From: an uncultured Alphaproteobacteria bacterium
Lineage (GTDB): Bacteria; Pseudomonadota; Alphaproteobacteria; Rhizobiales; Xanthobacteraceae
Assembly (NCBI GenBank): GCA_963731805.1
Contig: CAVSWY010000020.1
Span: 709,318-773,317, forward strand
Direction: 5' to 3'
DNA: 64,000 nucleotides
Shown: positions 45,012-55,437 of the stretch, piece by piece
How the letters are laid out: each line of letters begins with the position of its first letter
Position numbering within the stretch: the stretch's first letter is position 1
The notes under the pieces: generated by a model
The model's database searches: none
What the model was told of the DNA's origin: nothing
Seen by the model: the letters and a program-made list of their open reading frames with translations, nothing else
Position numbers and translations under genes: made by a program

Positions 45012-45509
45012 TTACCGCTGCGGGCGCTTGTCCCGGCGACGGTCGCTGGCCGGCTGATAGGCCACCCGCGAATGATAGGCGCAATAGGGCACGCCCGCGA
45101 GCGTACTGCCGCCGCAGAAGAAGAACTCTGTACTGCCGGGATCCCCGACCGGCCAGCGGCAGGTCTGTTCGTTGAGTTCGAGGAGCGTGCGGCGCTGGCC
45201 GATCGGGATGATGTTGTCGATCAGTTCCGGCTCGGCTTCCGCCTCCATCTCGTAGGCATGCGCCAGCGCGGTATTGCCGCGGATCGCGGCGCGTCCGATG
45301 CGCAACATATGCGACGGCGCGCGCGCCTTGCGCGGGCGCGGCGAGGCGCTCGACGTGCTCTTGGCGCGACCGGACAGACCGAGGCGATGCACCTTGCCGA
45401 TCACGGCATTGCGCGTAATGCCGCCAAGCTCGGCGGCGATCTGGCTCGCGGAAAGGCCGTCCGACCAAAGTTTTTTGAGCAGCTCGACCCGCTCGTCCGT
45501 CCACGACAT
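45012..45509 (-). CDS. gcrA: cell-cycle transcriptional regulator GcrA
   Basis: MSWTDERVELLKKLWSDGLSASQIAAELGGITRNAVIGKVHRLGL is the canonical GcrA N-terminus. AGGAGG lies upstream of the ATG at 45509. Confidence 0.9.
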   Translation of the reverse strand: MSWTDERVELLKKLWSDGLSASQIAAELGGITRNAVIGKVHRLGLSGRAKSTSSASPRPRKARAPSHMLRIGRAAIRGNTALAHAYEMEAEAEPELIDNIIPIGQRRTLLELNEQTCRWPVGDPGSTEFFFCGGSTLAGVPYCAYHSRVAYQPASDRRRDKRPQR

Positions 45510-45789
45510 GCCCAAACCTCCTTGCATGTGCGCGAAGCTCCTTTTCCAGATCGCTATTTGTGAGAATCCCCCACCGAGCCAGGAAGCGTGTCTCGCCGCC
45601 CAGCACGTACTCAGAACGCCAACGCTTTAGAAGACTGTCCGCCGCACGATATGTCGTACTTGACAATCAAAAGGCTACAATATGGCCGGAGTCTGACGCA
45701 AGAGTTCGTCTAAAATGAGTCCACACATTCCTGCTTTGGTGTGGATGAAGTGGGTACAAACGGAGTTCGCGACGCCTAATTATCCTGTG

Positions 45790-45817
45790 TTGACAGTGCT
45801 GCGCGCCGAAATAGAAT
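45790..45817 (+). promoter_or_regulatory. sigma-70-like promoter (TTGACA-16 nt-TAGAAT) upstream of argD
   Basis: Near-consensus hexamers at 45790..45795 and 45812..45817 with a 16-nt spacer. Confidence 0.45.
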
Positions 45818-45914
45818 GGTGTTCGGTGCCGCCCGGAAGAGGCGGCACATTTCGTTTGAACTGCGCCATTGCTGCTGCGCAGCGTTGACGGGCTCAGCCG
45901 TGACATCGCATCTG

Positions 45915-47104
45915 ATGCCGACATTCGCGCGTGTACACCTCGCCTTCGAGCGGGGCGAAGGCGTATGGCTGCACGCCACCAACGGCGAGCGCTATCTCGA
46001 CTTTACCTCGGGTGTCGCCGTCAACGCGCTGGGCCATGCGCATCCGCATCTGGTCGCGGCGCTGGCTGAGCAATCGCAGAAACTCTGGCACGTCTCCAAC
46101 CTCTTCGAAATTCCGGAAGCCGAGCAGGCGGCGGCGCGGCTGTGTGCCGCAAGCTTCGCCGACGTCGTGTTCTTCTGTAATTCGGGCGCCGAGGCGGTGG
46201 AAGGCGCGATCAAGTGCGCGCGCAAATATCAGTCGGCAAACGGCGCGCCGGAGCGCTATCGCATCATCACCTTCGAAGGCGCCTTTCACGGCCGGACGTT
46301 GGCGACGCTCGCCGCCGGCGGCCAGAAGAAGTATCTCGATGGTTTCGGGCCGCCTGTCGAGGGCTTCGATCAGGTTCCATTCGGCGATCTCGATGCTGTC
46401 AAGCGCGCAATCGGCGACGAGACCGCCGCCATCATGATCGAGCCGGTAATGGGAGAAGGCGGTGTGCGCGCCGTCGAGCCGTCGTTCCTGCGCGCGCTCC
46501 GCGAGCTGTGCGACGAGCACGGCCTCCTCCTGGTGTTCGACGAGGTCCAAAGCGGCATGGGCCGCACCGGCGAGCTGTTCGCCTATCAACGCACCGGGGT
46601 CACGCCCGACGTGATGCCGCTCGCCAAGGCGCTCGGCGGCGGCTTTCCGGTCGGCGCTGTGCTGGCGACCGAGGCGGCAGCCAAGGGCATGACCGCCGGA
46701 ACCCATGGCTCGACTTTTGGCGGCAACCCGCTGGCGATGAGTGCGGTCAATGCCACACTCGACGTCATGTTGGCACCCGGCTTCTTCGAGCACGTGCAGC
46801 ACGTCGCGCTTCTGTTCAAGCAGCGGCTGGCGGAGATCAAGGATCGCTATCCGGCGCTGGTCGCCGAAGTGCGCGGCGAAGGGCTCCTCGTCGGCTTGCG
46901 CATGCTGGTTCCGGCGGGCGAGCTCGTCGACGCGACGCGCGCCGAACACATGCTCACGGTGGGCGCCGGCGATAATGTCGTCCGCTTGCTGCCGCCGCTC
47001 ATCGTCAGCGAGCAGGAGTTGGCCGAAGGCGTGGCTCGGCTCGACCGCGCTTTGGCGCGGCTCGCCCGCGCGCACGGCCACGGCGGCAAAGCGGAGAGCG
47101 CCGG

Positions 47105-47108
<4 letters not shown>
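45915..47108 (+). CDS. argD: acetylornithine aminotransferase (class III aminotransferase)
   Basis: [40 protein letters not shown] and [11 protein letters not shown]. It is followed by argF. The start codon is uncertain, possibly further upstream. Confidence 0.85.
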
Positions 47109-48034
<926 letters not shown>

Positions 48035-48089
48035 CCGACGGATCGGCTGAGGCCTCCCAATCGCGCCGCCGTCACCTATATTGGGCGCG

Positions 48090-49115
48090 ATGACCAATCC
48101 CGATTTCGCCAGCCCGGTTCGTGCACCCGCTCAGACGGGGCTCGACGACACCATCCTGCCGTTCGCGGTCAAGGCGCTTGATCTGCGCGGCCGCATCGTG
48201 AGGCTCGGGCCGGCGGTCGACACCATTTTGGGGAGCCACGATTATCCGACGCCGGTGGCGAAATTGCTCGGCGAGGCGATCGTGCTCACGGTGATGCTCG
48301 GCTCGGCGCTCAAGATCGACGGCCGCTTCATCCTGCAGACCCAGAGCGACGGACCGGTGCGTATGGTGGTGGTGGATTTCACCTCGCCCGGCAAAGTCCG
48401 GGCCTGCGCCCGCTTCGATGCGGCGCGCGTCGATCAGGCGATTGCCAATGGCGCAGCGGCGCCAGGTCAATTGCTCGGCCGCGGCCACCTGGCGATGACC
48501 ATCGACCAAGGCCCGGAGATGAGCCGCTACCAGGGCTTGGTGGCGCTCGAAGGCGGCGATCTCGAAGCGGCCGCGCACGAATATTTTACGCGCTCGGAGC
48601 AAATTCCGACGCGGGTACGTCTCGCCGTCGCCGAGGAGTTTCGCGCCGGTGAAAACGGCGCGCGCCGTCACTGGCGCGCCGGCGGCATCATGCTGCAATT
48701 CCTGCCGGCTTCGCCGGAGCGCGCGCGGCAGGCCGATCTACATCCGGGCGACGCGCCGCCCGGCGCCGCGCTGCATATGCTGCCGGAGGACGAAGCCTGG
48801 GTCGAGGGCCGCGCGCTGATCGATACGGTCGACGATCTCGAACTCCTCGATCCCGATCTGTCGAGCGAGCGGTTGGCTTACCGGCTGTTTCATGAACGCG
48901 GCGTGCATGTCTACCGCGACGCGCCGGTCAATGCGCAGTGCTCGTGCTCGCGCCACAACGTCGAGAACATGCTCAAGAGTTTCACGCAGGCGGATCGCGA
49001 CGACATGGTCGAAAACGGCCGCATCACCGTGACCTGCGAATTCTGCAGCTCGACTTATGTGTTCGCGCCGGATGACGTGGCGGCGCAAAGGTCGGCGTCG
49101 GAGCTTAAGGCCTAA
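48090..49115 (+). CDS. hslO: Hsp33 family redox-regulated chaperone
   Basis: The C-terminal Zn-binding CSCSRHNV...CEFCSSTY (CxC...CxxC) and the overall Hsp33 pattern are present. Confidence 0.85.
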   Translation: MTNPDFASPVRAPAQTGLDDTILPFAVKALDLRGRIVRLGPAVDTILGSHDYPTPVAKLLGEAIVLTVMLGSALKIDGRFILQTQSDGPVRMVVVDFTSPGKVRACARFDAARVDQAIANGAAAPGQLLGRGHLAMTIDQGPEMSRYQGLVALEGGDLEAAAHEYFTRSEQIPTRVRLAVAEEFRAGENGARRHWRAGGIMLQFLPASPERARQADLHPGDAPPGAALHMLPEDEAWVEGRALIDTVDDLELLDPDLSSERLAYRLFHERGVHVYRDAPVNAQCSCSRHNVENMLKSFTQADRDDMVENGRITVTCEFCSSTYVFAPDDVAAQRSASELKA

Positions 49116-49127
49116 GACTTTTGCTAA

Positions 49128-49520
49128 CTAATTGATCGTGCGCTTGTTCTCGACGCTGTCGAGCGAAAAGGCCGGTACATCGATGTCGAAATGCTCGCCG
49201 CTTCCGCTCACCATGCCGTAACTGCCGGTCATGAAGCCCGACGGCGTCTGCAGCGGCACGCCGCTGGTATATTCGAACAACTCGCCTGCCTTGAGCACCG
49301 GCTCCTCGCCAACCACGCCGGCGCCGCGCACTTCCTGGCGGCGGCCATTGGCGTCGGTGATGCGCCAGTGCCGGGTTTTCAACTGCACCGTTTCGGTGCC
49401 GTTGTTGGTGATTGAGATGGTGTAGGCCCAGAAAAAATAGTTGTTCTCCGGCGACGACCGATCGGCGACGAAACGTGGCATCACCACGACTTCGATATTG
49501 CGGGTTACCGCGCGATACAT
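49128..49520 (-). CDS. apaG: ApaG (DUF525) protein
   Basis: 130 aa. FFWAYTISITNNG...RHWRITDANG...GVVGEEPVL...FEYTSG is the canonical ApaG pattern. Confidence 0.9.
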   Translation of the reverse strand: MYRAVTRNIEVVVMPRFVADRSSPENNYFFWAYTISITNNGTETVQLKTRHWRITDANGRRQEVRGAGVVGEEPVLKAGELFEYTSGVPLQTPSGFMTGSYGMVSGSGEHFDIDVPAFSLDSVENKRTIN

Positions 49521-49758
49521 GACGCCGTTCTTGCTCCCCCATAACAGGCCCGGCTGTTGCCGGCTTCATCGTATGCCGCGCCAGTGCCGCATCCGAGTTC
49601 CACGCATAAGTGAACAATTCCCGACAAAAGTGAATAATGCCATGACCATGAGTTGCAATAACCATGCGGGCGCGCTTACTCAAGCCATACTGCCGGGCTA
49701 GATTTGAAATACGGCGAAGGCCCCGCCGCCGCGGCCAACGGAAGCGATCGTCAAGCAG

Positions 49759-50979
49759 ATGTCCGCCAAGCAATCGTTTACCGGAGAAACACCGGTCACG
49801 GCGTGGCCGATGGCCGCGTCGCTCCCGGCCGCCGGCGAGCGCGATTTGCGACTCGATCTGTTCCGCGGCCTCGCGCTGTGGCTGATTTTCCTCGACCACA
49901 TTCCGCAAAACGTCGTCAACTGGTTCACCATCCGCAATTACGGCTTTTCCGACGCCACCGAGATCTTCATCTTCATTTCCGGCTACACCGCGGCCTTCGT
50001 CTATGGCCGCGCCATGCGGGAACGCGGCATCATCATTGCGAGCGCCCGCGTGTTGCGGCGCGCCTGGCAGATTTACGTCGCCCACATCTTTCTGTTCACC
50101 ATTTTTATGGCCGAGATCGCCTATGTCGCGGCGACGTTCGACAATCCGCTTTACGCCGAGGAAATGAACATCCTGGATTTCCTCAAACAACCGGACATCA
50201 CGATCTTTCAGGCGCTGCTGTTGAAGTTCAAGCCGGTCAACATGGACGTGTTGCCGCTTTATATCGTTTTGCTGGTGTTGTTCCCGCCGATGCTGTGGCT
50301 GTTGTTGCGACAGCCCGCCTTCGCACTTGCCGGCTCCGCCTTGGTCTATGTATTGGCCTGGAATTTCGATTGGAATCTGCCGGCCTATCCGAACGGCGTC
50401 TGGTTCTTCAATCCGTTCGCATGGCAATTGCTGTTCGTATTCGGCGCCTGGTGTGCGCTGGGCGGCGCGCAGCGCCTGTCCGGCCTGCTGCGTTCGCGCG
50501 TCGTGCTCACCATCGCGGTGGCTTATCTCCTGTTCGCTTTCGCCATCACCTTAACCTGGTATATCGAACCGCTTGGGCGCTTCGTGCCGGTCTGGCTGAG
50601 CGCCTGGATGTATCCGATCGACAAGACAAATCTCGACGTGCTGCGTTTCGCCCATTTCCTGGCGCTGGCGGCGGTCACCGTCCGCTTCGTGCCGCGCGAT
50701 TGGCCGGCGTTGAAATCGCCTTATTTGGCCCCCGCCATCCGCTGCGGGCAGCATTCGCTGGAAATCTTCTGCCTGGGCGTTTTCCTGGCCTTTGCCGCAC
50801 AATTCATCATTAGCGAATGGTCGGGGGGTCCGTTAATTCAGATCATAATCAGCTTGGTCGGCATATTGATCATGATTGCCACGGCGAACCTGATATCGTG
50901 GTACAAGCGTATGGAAGGCCGGGGCGCGACGACGCGGGTTAAACCGCCGGATGCAGACCTCGCCGGGGGAGACGCATGA
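49759..50979 (+). CDS. OpgC-like membrane acyltransferase (acyltransferase_3 superfamily)
   Basis: RLDLFRGLALWLIFLDHIP...FSDATEIFIFISGY is the OpgC N-terminal signature. About 10 TM segments. Confidence 0.75.
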   Translation: MSAKQSFTGETPVTAWPMAASLPAAGERDLRLDLFRGLALWLIFLDHIPQNVVNWFTIRNYGFSDATEIFIFISGYTAAFVYGRAMRERGIIIASARVLRRAWQIYVAHIFLFTIFMAEIAYVAATFDNPLYAEEMNILDFLKQPDITIFQALLLKFKPVNMDVLPLYIVLLVLFPPMLWLLLRQPAFALAGSALVYVLAWNFDWNLPAYPNGVWFFNPFAWQLLFVFGAWCALGGAQRLSGLLRSRVVLTIAVAYLLFAFAITLTWYIEPLGRFVPVWLSAWMYPIDKTNLDVLRFAHFLALAAVTVRFVPRDWPALKSPYLAPAIRCGQHSLEIFCLGVFLAFAAQFIISEWSGGPLIQIIISLVGILIMIATANLISWYKRMEGRGATTRVKPPDADLAGGDA

Positions 50980-51743
50980 AACTTGCCGCCGCCGTCCTGG
51001 CGACCATTGCGTTGGTTATCGTCGGTCCGAGCGGCGCCGCGCGCGCCGCACCGCCCGAACAATGTGATGCGCCGCAATCGCTGGTCGATGGCGATGCCGA
51101 CCTCAGCCGCGTGATGGAGGCATTCAAGGCCAACCATCGCCTCTCCATTACCGTGATCGGCTCGGGCTCGTCGGGGCTTCCCGGTCCCGAAGGCGTGCAT
51201 GCGGCCTATCCGGCGCGGCTTGAGGCCGCCCTCAAACAAGCCATGCCCGGCGTCGACATCAGGGTCGCCGCGCATGTCCAGTCGAAGGAAACCACCGCCA
51301 CCATGGTCGCAGGCCTCGACCAAATCCTGGCCGCTGACAAGCCGACGCTGGTGATTTGGCAGGCCGGCACGGTTGATGCCCTCGACGGCGTCGAGCCGGA
51401 GGATTTCCGCAACAGCCTCAGCGACGGGGTCGCCAAGATCCAGGCTGCGGGCGCCGATGTCATTCTGATGAATATGCAGTACAGCCCGCGCACGGCATCG
51501 ATGCTCGACGTTTCGGTCTATGCCGACGTCATGCGGGCGATCGCGGAGCAGCAGGGTGCGTTGTTGTTTGATCGCCTGGCGATCATGCAATACTGGAACG
51601 ACGCCGGCACCTTCGACCTCTATACCGCAACAAAGAAATATGATATGGCGCGTCGTGTTCACGACTGCATTGGCTGGGCCTTGGCGTCGCAGATCGTAGC
51701 TGCTGCTCATCTCGACGCCACGAGAATGCAAACGACGCAATGA
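50976..51743 (+). CDS. SGNH/GDSL-type hydrolase family protein (exported)
   Basis: Signal peptide, and block I-like VIGSGSSG. The start overlaps the opgC-like stop (ATGA). Confidence 0.65.
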   Translation: MKLAAAVLATIALVIVGPSGAARAAPPEQCDAPQSLVDGDADLSRVMEAFKANHRLSITVIGSGSSGLPGPEGVHAAYPARLEAALKQAMPGVDIRVAAHVQSKETTATMVAGLDQILAADKPTLVIWQAGTVDALDGVEPEDFRNSLSDGVAKIQAAGADVILMNMQYSPRTASMLDVSVYADVMRAIAEQQGALLFDRLAIMQYWNDAGTFDLYTATKKYDMARRVHDCIGWALASQIVAAAHLDATRMQTTQ

Positions 51744-52738
51744 CTGCCAAAAAATCAATGATCATCGCCTGCATCAAGCGGGGCGTGATTGCCGCCGCGG
51801 TTGTTGCAGTGCACATTGCTGCACTGCACGGTGCCGCGCATGCGCAAGTACCTGGCGAAATGCTGGCGGTTGAAACGCCCCTCGCGGCGCTCTCAATTCA
51901 TCCCGATGTCACTCCGGTAGCGGCGCCGGCCGGCTCGCCCGCTGTGATGCCGGCCGTCGCTCTGCCGGAAGGCCGCTCAATTCCGCCAACCATGCTCAAG
52001 CCGGTTTCACCGCAGTCAGCGGTTCCGCCCGCCCAGGCCGCATGCAGCGCGTCGGCCGAGCTGGCGCATTTCGACCGTCCCTTGCTGCACACCATGCGGC
52101 GCTTGGCGAGCGGTAAGCCGCTCACCATCGTCGCCATCGGCTCGTCGTCGACCGCCGGCGCCGGCGCGACTTCGCCTGCCGCAACTTATCCCAGCCGGCT
52201 CGCCGTCGAGCTCAGGGCGCGCTTCCCCGGCCACGACATCACGGTGCTCAATCGCGGCGTCAATGGCGAAGAGACCGACGACATGATGGCGCGGTTTACC
52301 AACGACGTCTTCGCCGCGCACCCGCAGCTGGTGCTGTGGCAGGTCGGCACCAATTCCGTGCTGCGCGACCATCCGCTCGGTTCGCATTCGATCGAGCTGC
52401 GCAAAGGCATCGAGGAGCTCAAGGCGGTCACCGATGCCGACGTGGTGCTGATCGATCCGCAATATGCGCCGAAGGTTCTGGCAAAGGCGGAGACGCCGGG
52501 CATGGTCGAGCAGATTGCGCTCGCAGCCAAGGAAGAGAATGTCGATCTGTTCCGGCGCTTCGAGGTGATGCGCGACTGGCATGACCTGCAGCACCTAGGT
52601 TTTGGCGTTTTCGTATCGCCGGACATGCTGCACATGAACGACTGGGGCTATGCCTGCTGGGCCAAGCTCATCGGCGTAGCGATCGCCGACGCGGCGACCC
52701 GGCCGATCGCCGCGGCCTCGGCGCATCCGGCGCACTGA
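51740..52738 (+). CDS. SGNH/GDSL-type hydrolase family protein (exported, Pro/Ala-rich linker)
   Basis: Block I-like IVAIGSSSTAG, VLNRGVNGE, WQVGTNS, and a C-terminal D..HMN. The start overlaps the preceding stop (ATGA). Confidence 0.7.
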   Translation: MTAKKSMIIACIKRGVIAAAVVAVHIAALHGAAHAQVPGEMLAVETPLAALSIHPDVTPVAAPAGSPAVMPAVALPEGRSIPPTMLKPVSPQSAVPPAQAACSASAELAHFDRPLLHTMRRLASGKPLTIVAIGSSSTAGAGATSPAATYPSRLAVELRARFPGHDITVLNRGVNGEETDDMMARFTNDVFAAHPQLVLWQVGTNSVLRDHPLGSHSIELRKGIEELKAVTDADVVLIDPQYAPKVLAKAETPGMVEQIALAAKEENVDLFRRFEVMRDWHDLQHLGFGVFVSPDMLHMNDWGYACWAKLIGVAIADAATRPIAAASAHPAH

Positions 52739-52745
52739 ATAAACG

Positions 52746-53936
52746 TCACGCCGCGTCGAGCGCGGCGATCACGTCTTCGATGATATCGTCGGGGTGTTCA
52801 AGTCCGACCGAGACTCGCACCAGCCCATCGCTGATGCCGAGTTCGGCGCGTTGCGCCGGCGTGAGCCGCTGATGCGTCGTCGTCGCCGGATGAGTTATCA
52901 GGCTCTTGGCGTCGCCGAGATTGTTGCTGATGCGCACGAGCTTGAGCGCGTCCTGAAACCGGAACGCGGCGCGCTTGCCGCCCTTGATCTCGAACGCCAC
53001 CAGCGTCGAGCCGCCGCGCATCTGCTTTTGCGCGATCGCCGCCTGCGGATGGTCGGGCCGGCCCGGATAGATCAGGCGTGAGATTTTCGGATGCTCGGCG
53101 AGCGCCACCGCGAGCGTCGCCGCACTGTCGGTTTGCCGCCGCACTCGCACCGCGAGCGTCTCCAAACTCTTGAGCAGCACCCAGGCGTTGAACGGCGACA
53201 TCGACGGGCCGGTCTGGCGCAACAACGTGTGAATATTGTCCATGATGAACTTCTGTGAGCCGAGGATGACGCCGCCGAGACAGCGGCCCTGGCCGTCGAT
53301 GTGCTTGGTCGCCGAATAGACGACGCAGTCGGCGCCCAGCGCGAGCGGGCTTTGAAACAGCGGCGTGGCGAACACATTGTCGACGACCAGTGTCGCGCCG
53401 GCTCCGTGCGCGATCTTCGCCACCTCGGCGATGTCGATCACGTCGAGGGCCGGATTGGTCGGGCTTTCCAGAAAGAAGGTCTTGGTGTTGGGCCGCACCG
53501 CGTTGCGCCAGGCGTCGAGATTGCAGCCGTCGACCAACGTCGAAGTGACGCCGAAGCGCGGCAGATAGTCCTCGACGACATAGCGGCAGGAGCCGAACAT
53601 CGCCTTCGAAGCGATGACGTGATCGCCAGCCTTGACCTGGCCGACCAGCGATAAAGTGACGGCGGCCATGCCGGTCGCAGTCGCGCGCGCCGCTTCGGCG
53701 CCTTCGAATGCCGCCATGCGCCGCTCGAACATGTCGATGGTCGGATTGGCGAAGCGCGAATATTGATAACCCGGGTCCTCGCCCTTAAACCGCGCCTCGG
53801 CCTGGGCGGCGGTGTCGTAGACATAACCCTGGGTGAGAAAGAGCGCCTCGGACGTCTCGCCGAACGGCGAGCGCAGCGTGCCGGATTGCACCAAACGGGT
53901 TTCCGGGCGGTAAGCCTTCTTTGCGGACGCGGACAT
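52746..53936 (-). CDS. metZ: O-succinylhomoserine sulfhydrylase
   Basis: Cys/Met-metabolism PLP enzyme (VYSATKHIDGQGR with the Lys). The N-terminus RPETRLVQSG and overall pattern resemble MetZ. AAGGAGGG SD. Confidence 0.85.
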   Translation of the reverse strand: MSASAKKAYRPETRLVQSGTLRSPFGETSEALFLTQGYVYDTAAQAEARFKGEDPGYQYSRFANPTIDMFERRMAAFEGAEAARATATGMAAVTLSLVGQVKAGDHVIASKAMFGSCRYVVEDYLPRFGVTSTLVDGCNLDAWRNAVRPNTKTFFLESPTNPALDVIDIAEVAKIAHGAGATLVVDNVFATPLFQSPLALGADCVVYSATKHIDGQGRCLGGVILGSQKFIMDNIHTLLRQTGPSMSPFNAWVLLKSLETLAVRVRRQTDSAATLAVALAEHPKISRLIYPGRPDHPQAAIAQKQMRGGSTLVAFEIKGGKRAAFRFQDALKLVRISNNLGDAKSLITHPATTTHQRLTPAQRAELGISDGLVRVSVGLEHPDDIIEDVIAALDAA

Positions 53937-53953
53937 GAGGCCCTCCTTTGGCC

Positions 53954-53992
53954 AAACAAAAACCCGGCCGGGAGGAAAATCCTCGGGCCGGG
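53954..53992 (-). terminator. intrinsic terminator in the metZ leader (riboswitch expression platform)
   Basis: On the minus strand the stem CCCGGCCCGAGG-atttt-CCTCCCGGCCGGG is followed by TTTTTGTTT. It sits between the SAM-II-like element and the metZ SD. Confidence 0.6.
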
Positions 53993-54007
53993 CTCACGCG
54001 TCCCCGG

Positions 54008-54061
54008 CCTTTTAGCGACTTATTTTACGTGGCTGCAAGCCGGCCGGCTCAAATGACCACG
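54008..54061 (-). promoter_or_regulatory. SAM-II (SAM-alpha) riboswitch candidate
   Basis: The minus strand reads CGUGGUCAUUUGAGCCGGCCGGCUUGCAGCCACGUAAAAUAAGUCGCUAAAAGG. P1 is CGUGG/CCACG. The loop AUUUGAGC can pair with the 3' GCUAAAA tail to form an H-type pseudoknot. The GGCUUGCAGCC and GCUAAAA blocks match my recollection of the consensus. Confidence 0.5.
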
Positions 54062-54149
54062 GGATAAAGCGGCTTATACGACGCAAGCGTCTTTGCGTCA
54101 AACCGGACGTCAGGTTAGATCGCCGACAAACGCGCGCGGTGATCAGGTG

Positions 54150-55277
54150 ATGCTGACTTTTGCCCCTTCCGAGCAGGGAATTTTGCCCGACCGCATGATC
54201 GCGGCGCTGGCCGAGGCCGGCGGCATTCGCGCGCACTATCCGTTCGCTCCCGGCCAGATCCAGCCGGCGAGCCTCGACCTGCGGCTTGGCGCCATCGCCT
54301 ATCGCGTGCGCGCGAGCTTTCTGCCCGGACCCGGCACCACCGTCGCCGACCGGCTCATCGAACTGAAGCTGCACGAATTTTCGCTGACCGGCGGCGCGGT
54401 CTTGGAAACCGGCTGCGTCTATATCGTGCCGCTGATCGAGCGGCTCGCTTTGCCCGCCGATATCGCCGGCGCCACCAATCCGAAAAGCTCGACCGGCCGG
54501 CTCGACGTATTCACCCGCGTGATCGCCGATGAGACGCGCGGCTTCGATCGCGTCCAGGCCGGTTACAACGGCCCGCTCTATGCCGAGATCAGTCCGAAGA
54601 CGTTTCCGATTCTGGTGCGCGAGGGCACGCGGCTGTCGCAATTGCGCTTGCGCCACGGCGACGCCGCGCTCGGCGCCGAGGATTTGCGGGCGCTGCATGC
54701 GCGCGAACGGCTGGTCGATCGCACCGAAGCGGTGATGGGGGATGGCGTCGCGGTCAGCATCGATCTCTCGGGCAGCGGCGTCCACCACGATGGTGCGGCA
54801 AGCGCCAACGGCATCGTCGGCTATCGCGCCAAGCGGCATACCGCGGTGATCGAGGTCGAGCGCCGCGCCGCCTACGAGGCCGCCGATTTCTGGGAACCGA
54901 TCGCGGCCCGCGCTGATCGCAGCCTGATCCTCGATCCCGACGAGTTTTACATCCTGGCGTCGACTGAGGCGGTGCAAGTGCCGCCCGACTACGCCGCGGA
55001 AATGGTACCGTTCGATCCGCTGGTCGGCGAATTCCGCGTCCACTATGCCGGCTTCTTCGACCCCGGCTTCGGCTATGCCGGCGCCGGCGGCTTGGGCTCG
55101 CGCGCGGTGCTCGAAGTGCGCTCGCGCGAAGTGCCGTTCATCCTCGAGCACGGCCAGATTGTCGGCCGACTGGTCTATGAGAAGATGCTGGCGCGACCCG
55201 ACCAGCTTTACGGCACCGGCATCGGATCGAACTATCAGGCGCAGGGCCTCAAACTGTCGAAACACTTCCGCGGCTGA
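54150..55277 (+). CDS. dcd: 2'-deoxycytidine 5'-triphosphate deaminase (long two-domain form)
   Basis: GILPDRMI...IQPASLDLRLG...NPKSSTGRLDVF and a second dUTPase-like half. About 375 aa, typical of alphaproteobacteria. Confidence 0.8.
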   Translation: MLTFAPSEQGILPDRMIAALAEAGGIRAHYPFAPGQIQPASLDLRLGAIAYRVRASFLPGPGTTVADRLIELKLHEFSLTGGAVLETGCVYIVPLIERLALPADIAGATNPKSSTGRLDVFTRVIADETRGFDRVQAGYNGPLYAEISPKTFPILVREGTRLSQLRLRHGDAALGAEDLRALHARERLVDRTEAVMGDGVAVSIDLSGSGVHHDGAASANGIVGYRAKRHTAVIEVERRAAYEAADFWEPIAARADRSLILDPDEFYILASTEAVQVPPDYAAEMVPFDPLVGEFRVHYAGFFDPGFGYAGAGGLGSRAVLEVRSREVPFILEHGQIVGRLVYEKMLARPDQLYGTGIGSNYQAQGLKLSKHFRG

Positions 55278-55437
55278 ACGGTTGTCCGCGGGTGGCGACG
55301 CCTGAGCCAAGTCGACGACGCGCTCCGGGATTCACAGCGCCGTCCACCGGGCAAAATACTTGTGGCATTTTGGCAGGAACGGCGTTCTTCTGTAGTGGGG
55401 GACGCGAGGGGACGGCCGGGAATTCGAGGTTGTCGCA

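Noticed and set aside
45528-45914. GANTC (CcrM) sites and CtrA boxes in the gcrA-argD intergenic region
   Set aside because: Three GANTC sites in about 390 bp is not clearly above chance expectation, and I found no TTAA-N7-TTAA box.
49105-50427. 440-aa minus-strand ORF
   Set aside because: It overlaps apaG in another frame and is antisense to the OpgC-like gene. The sequence is low-complexity and Arg/Gly/His-rich.
54012-55310. 432-aa minus-strand ORF
   Set aside because: It is antisense to the well-supported dcd gene and is a shadow ORF. Its 3' end would also overlap the riboswitch candidate.
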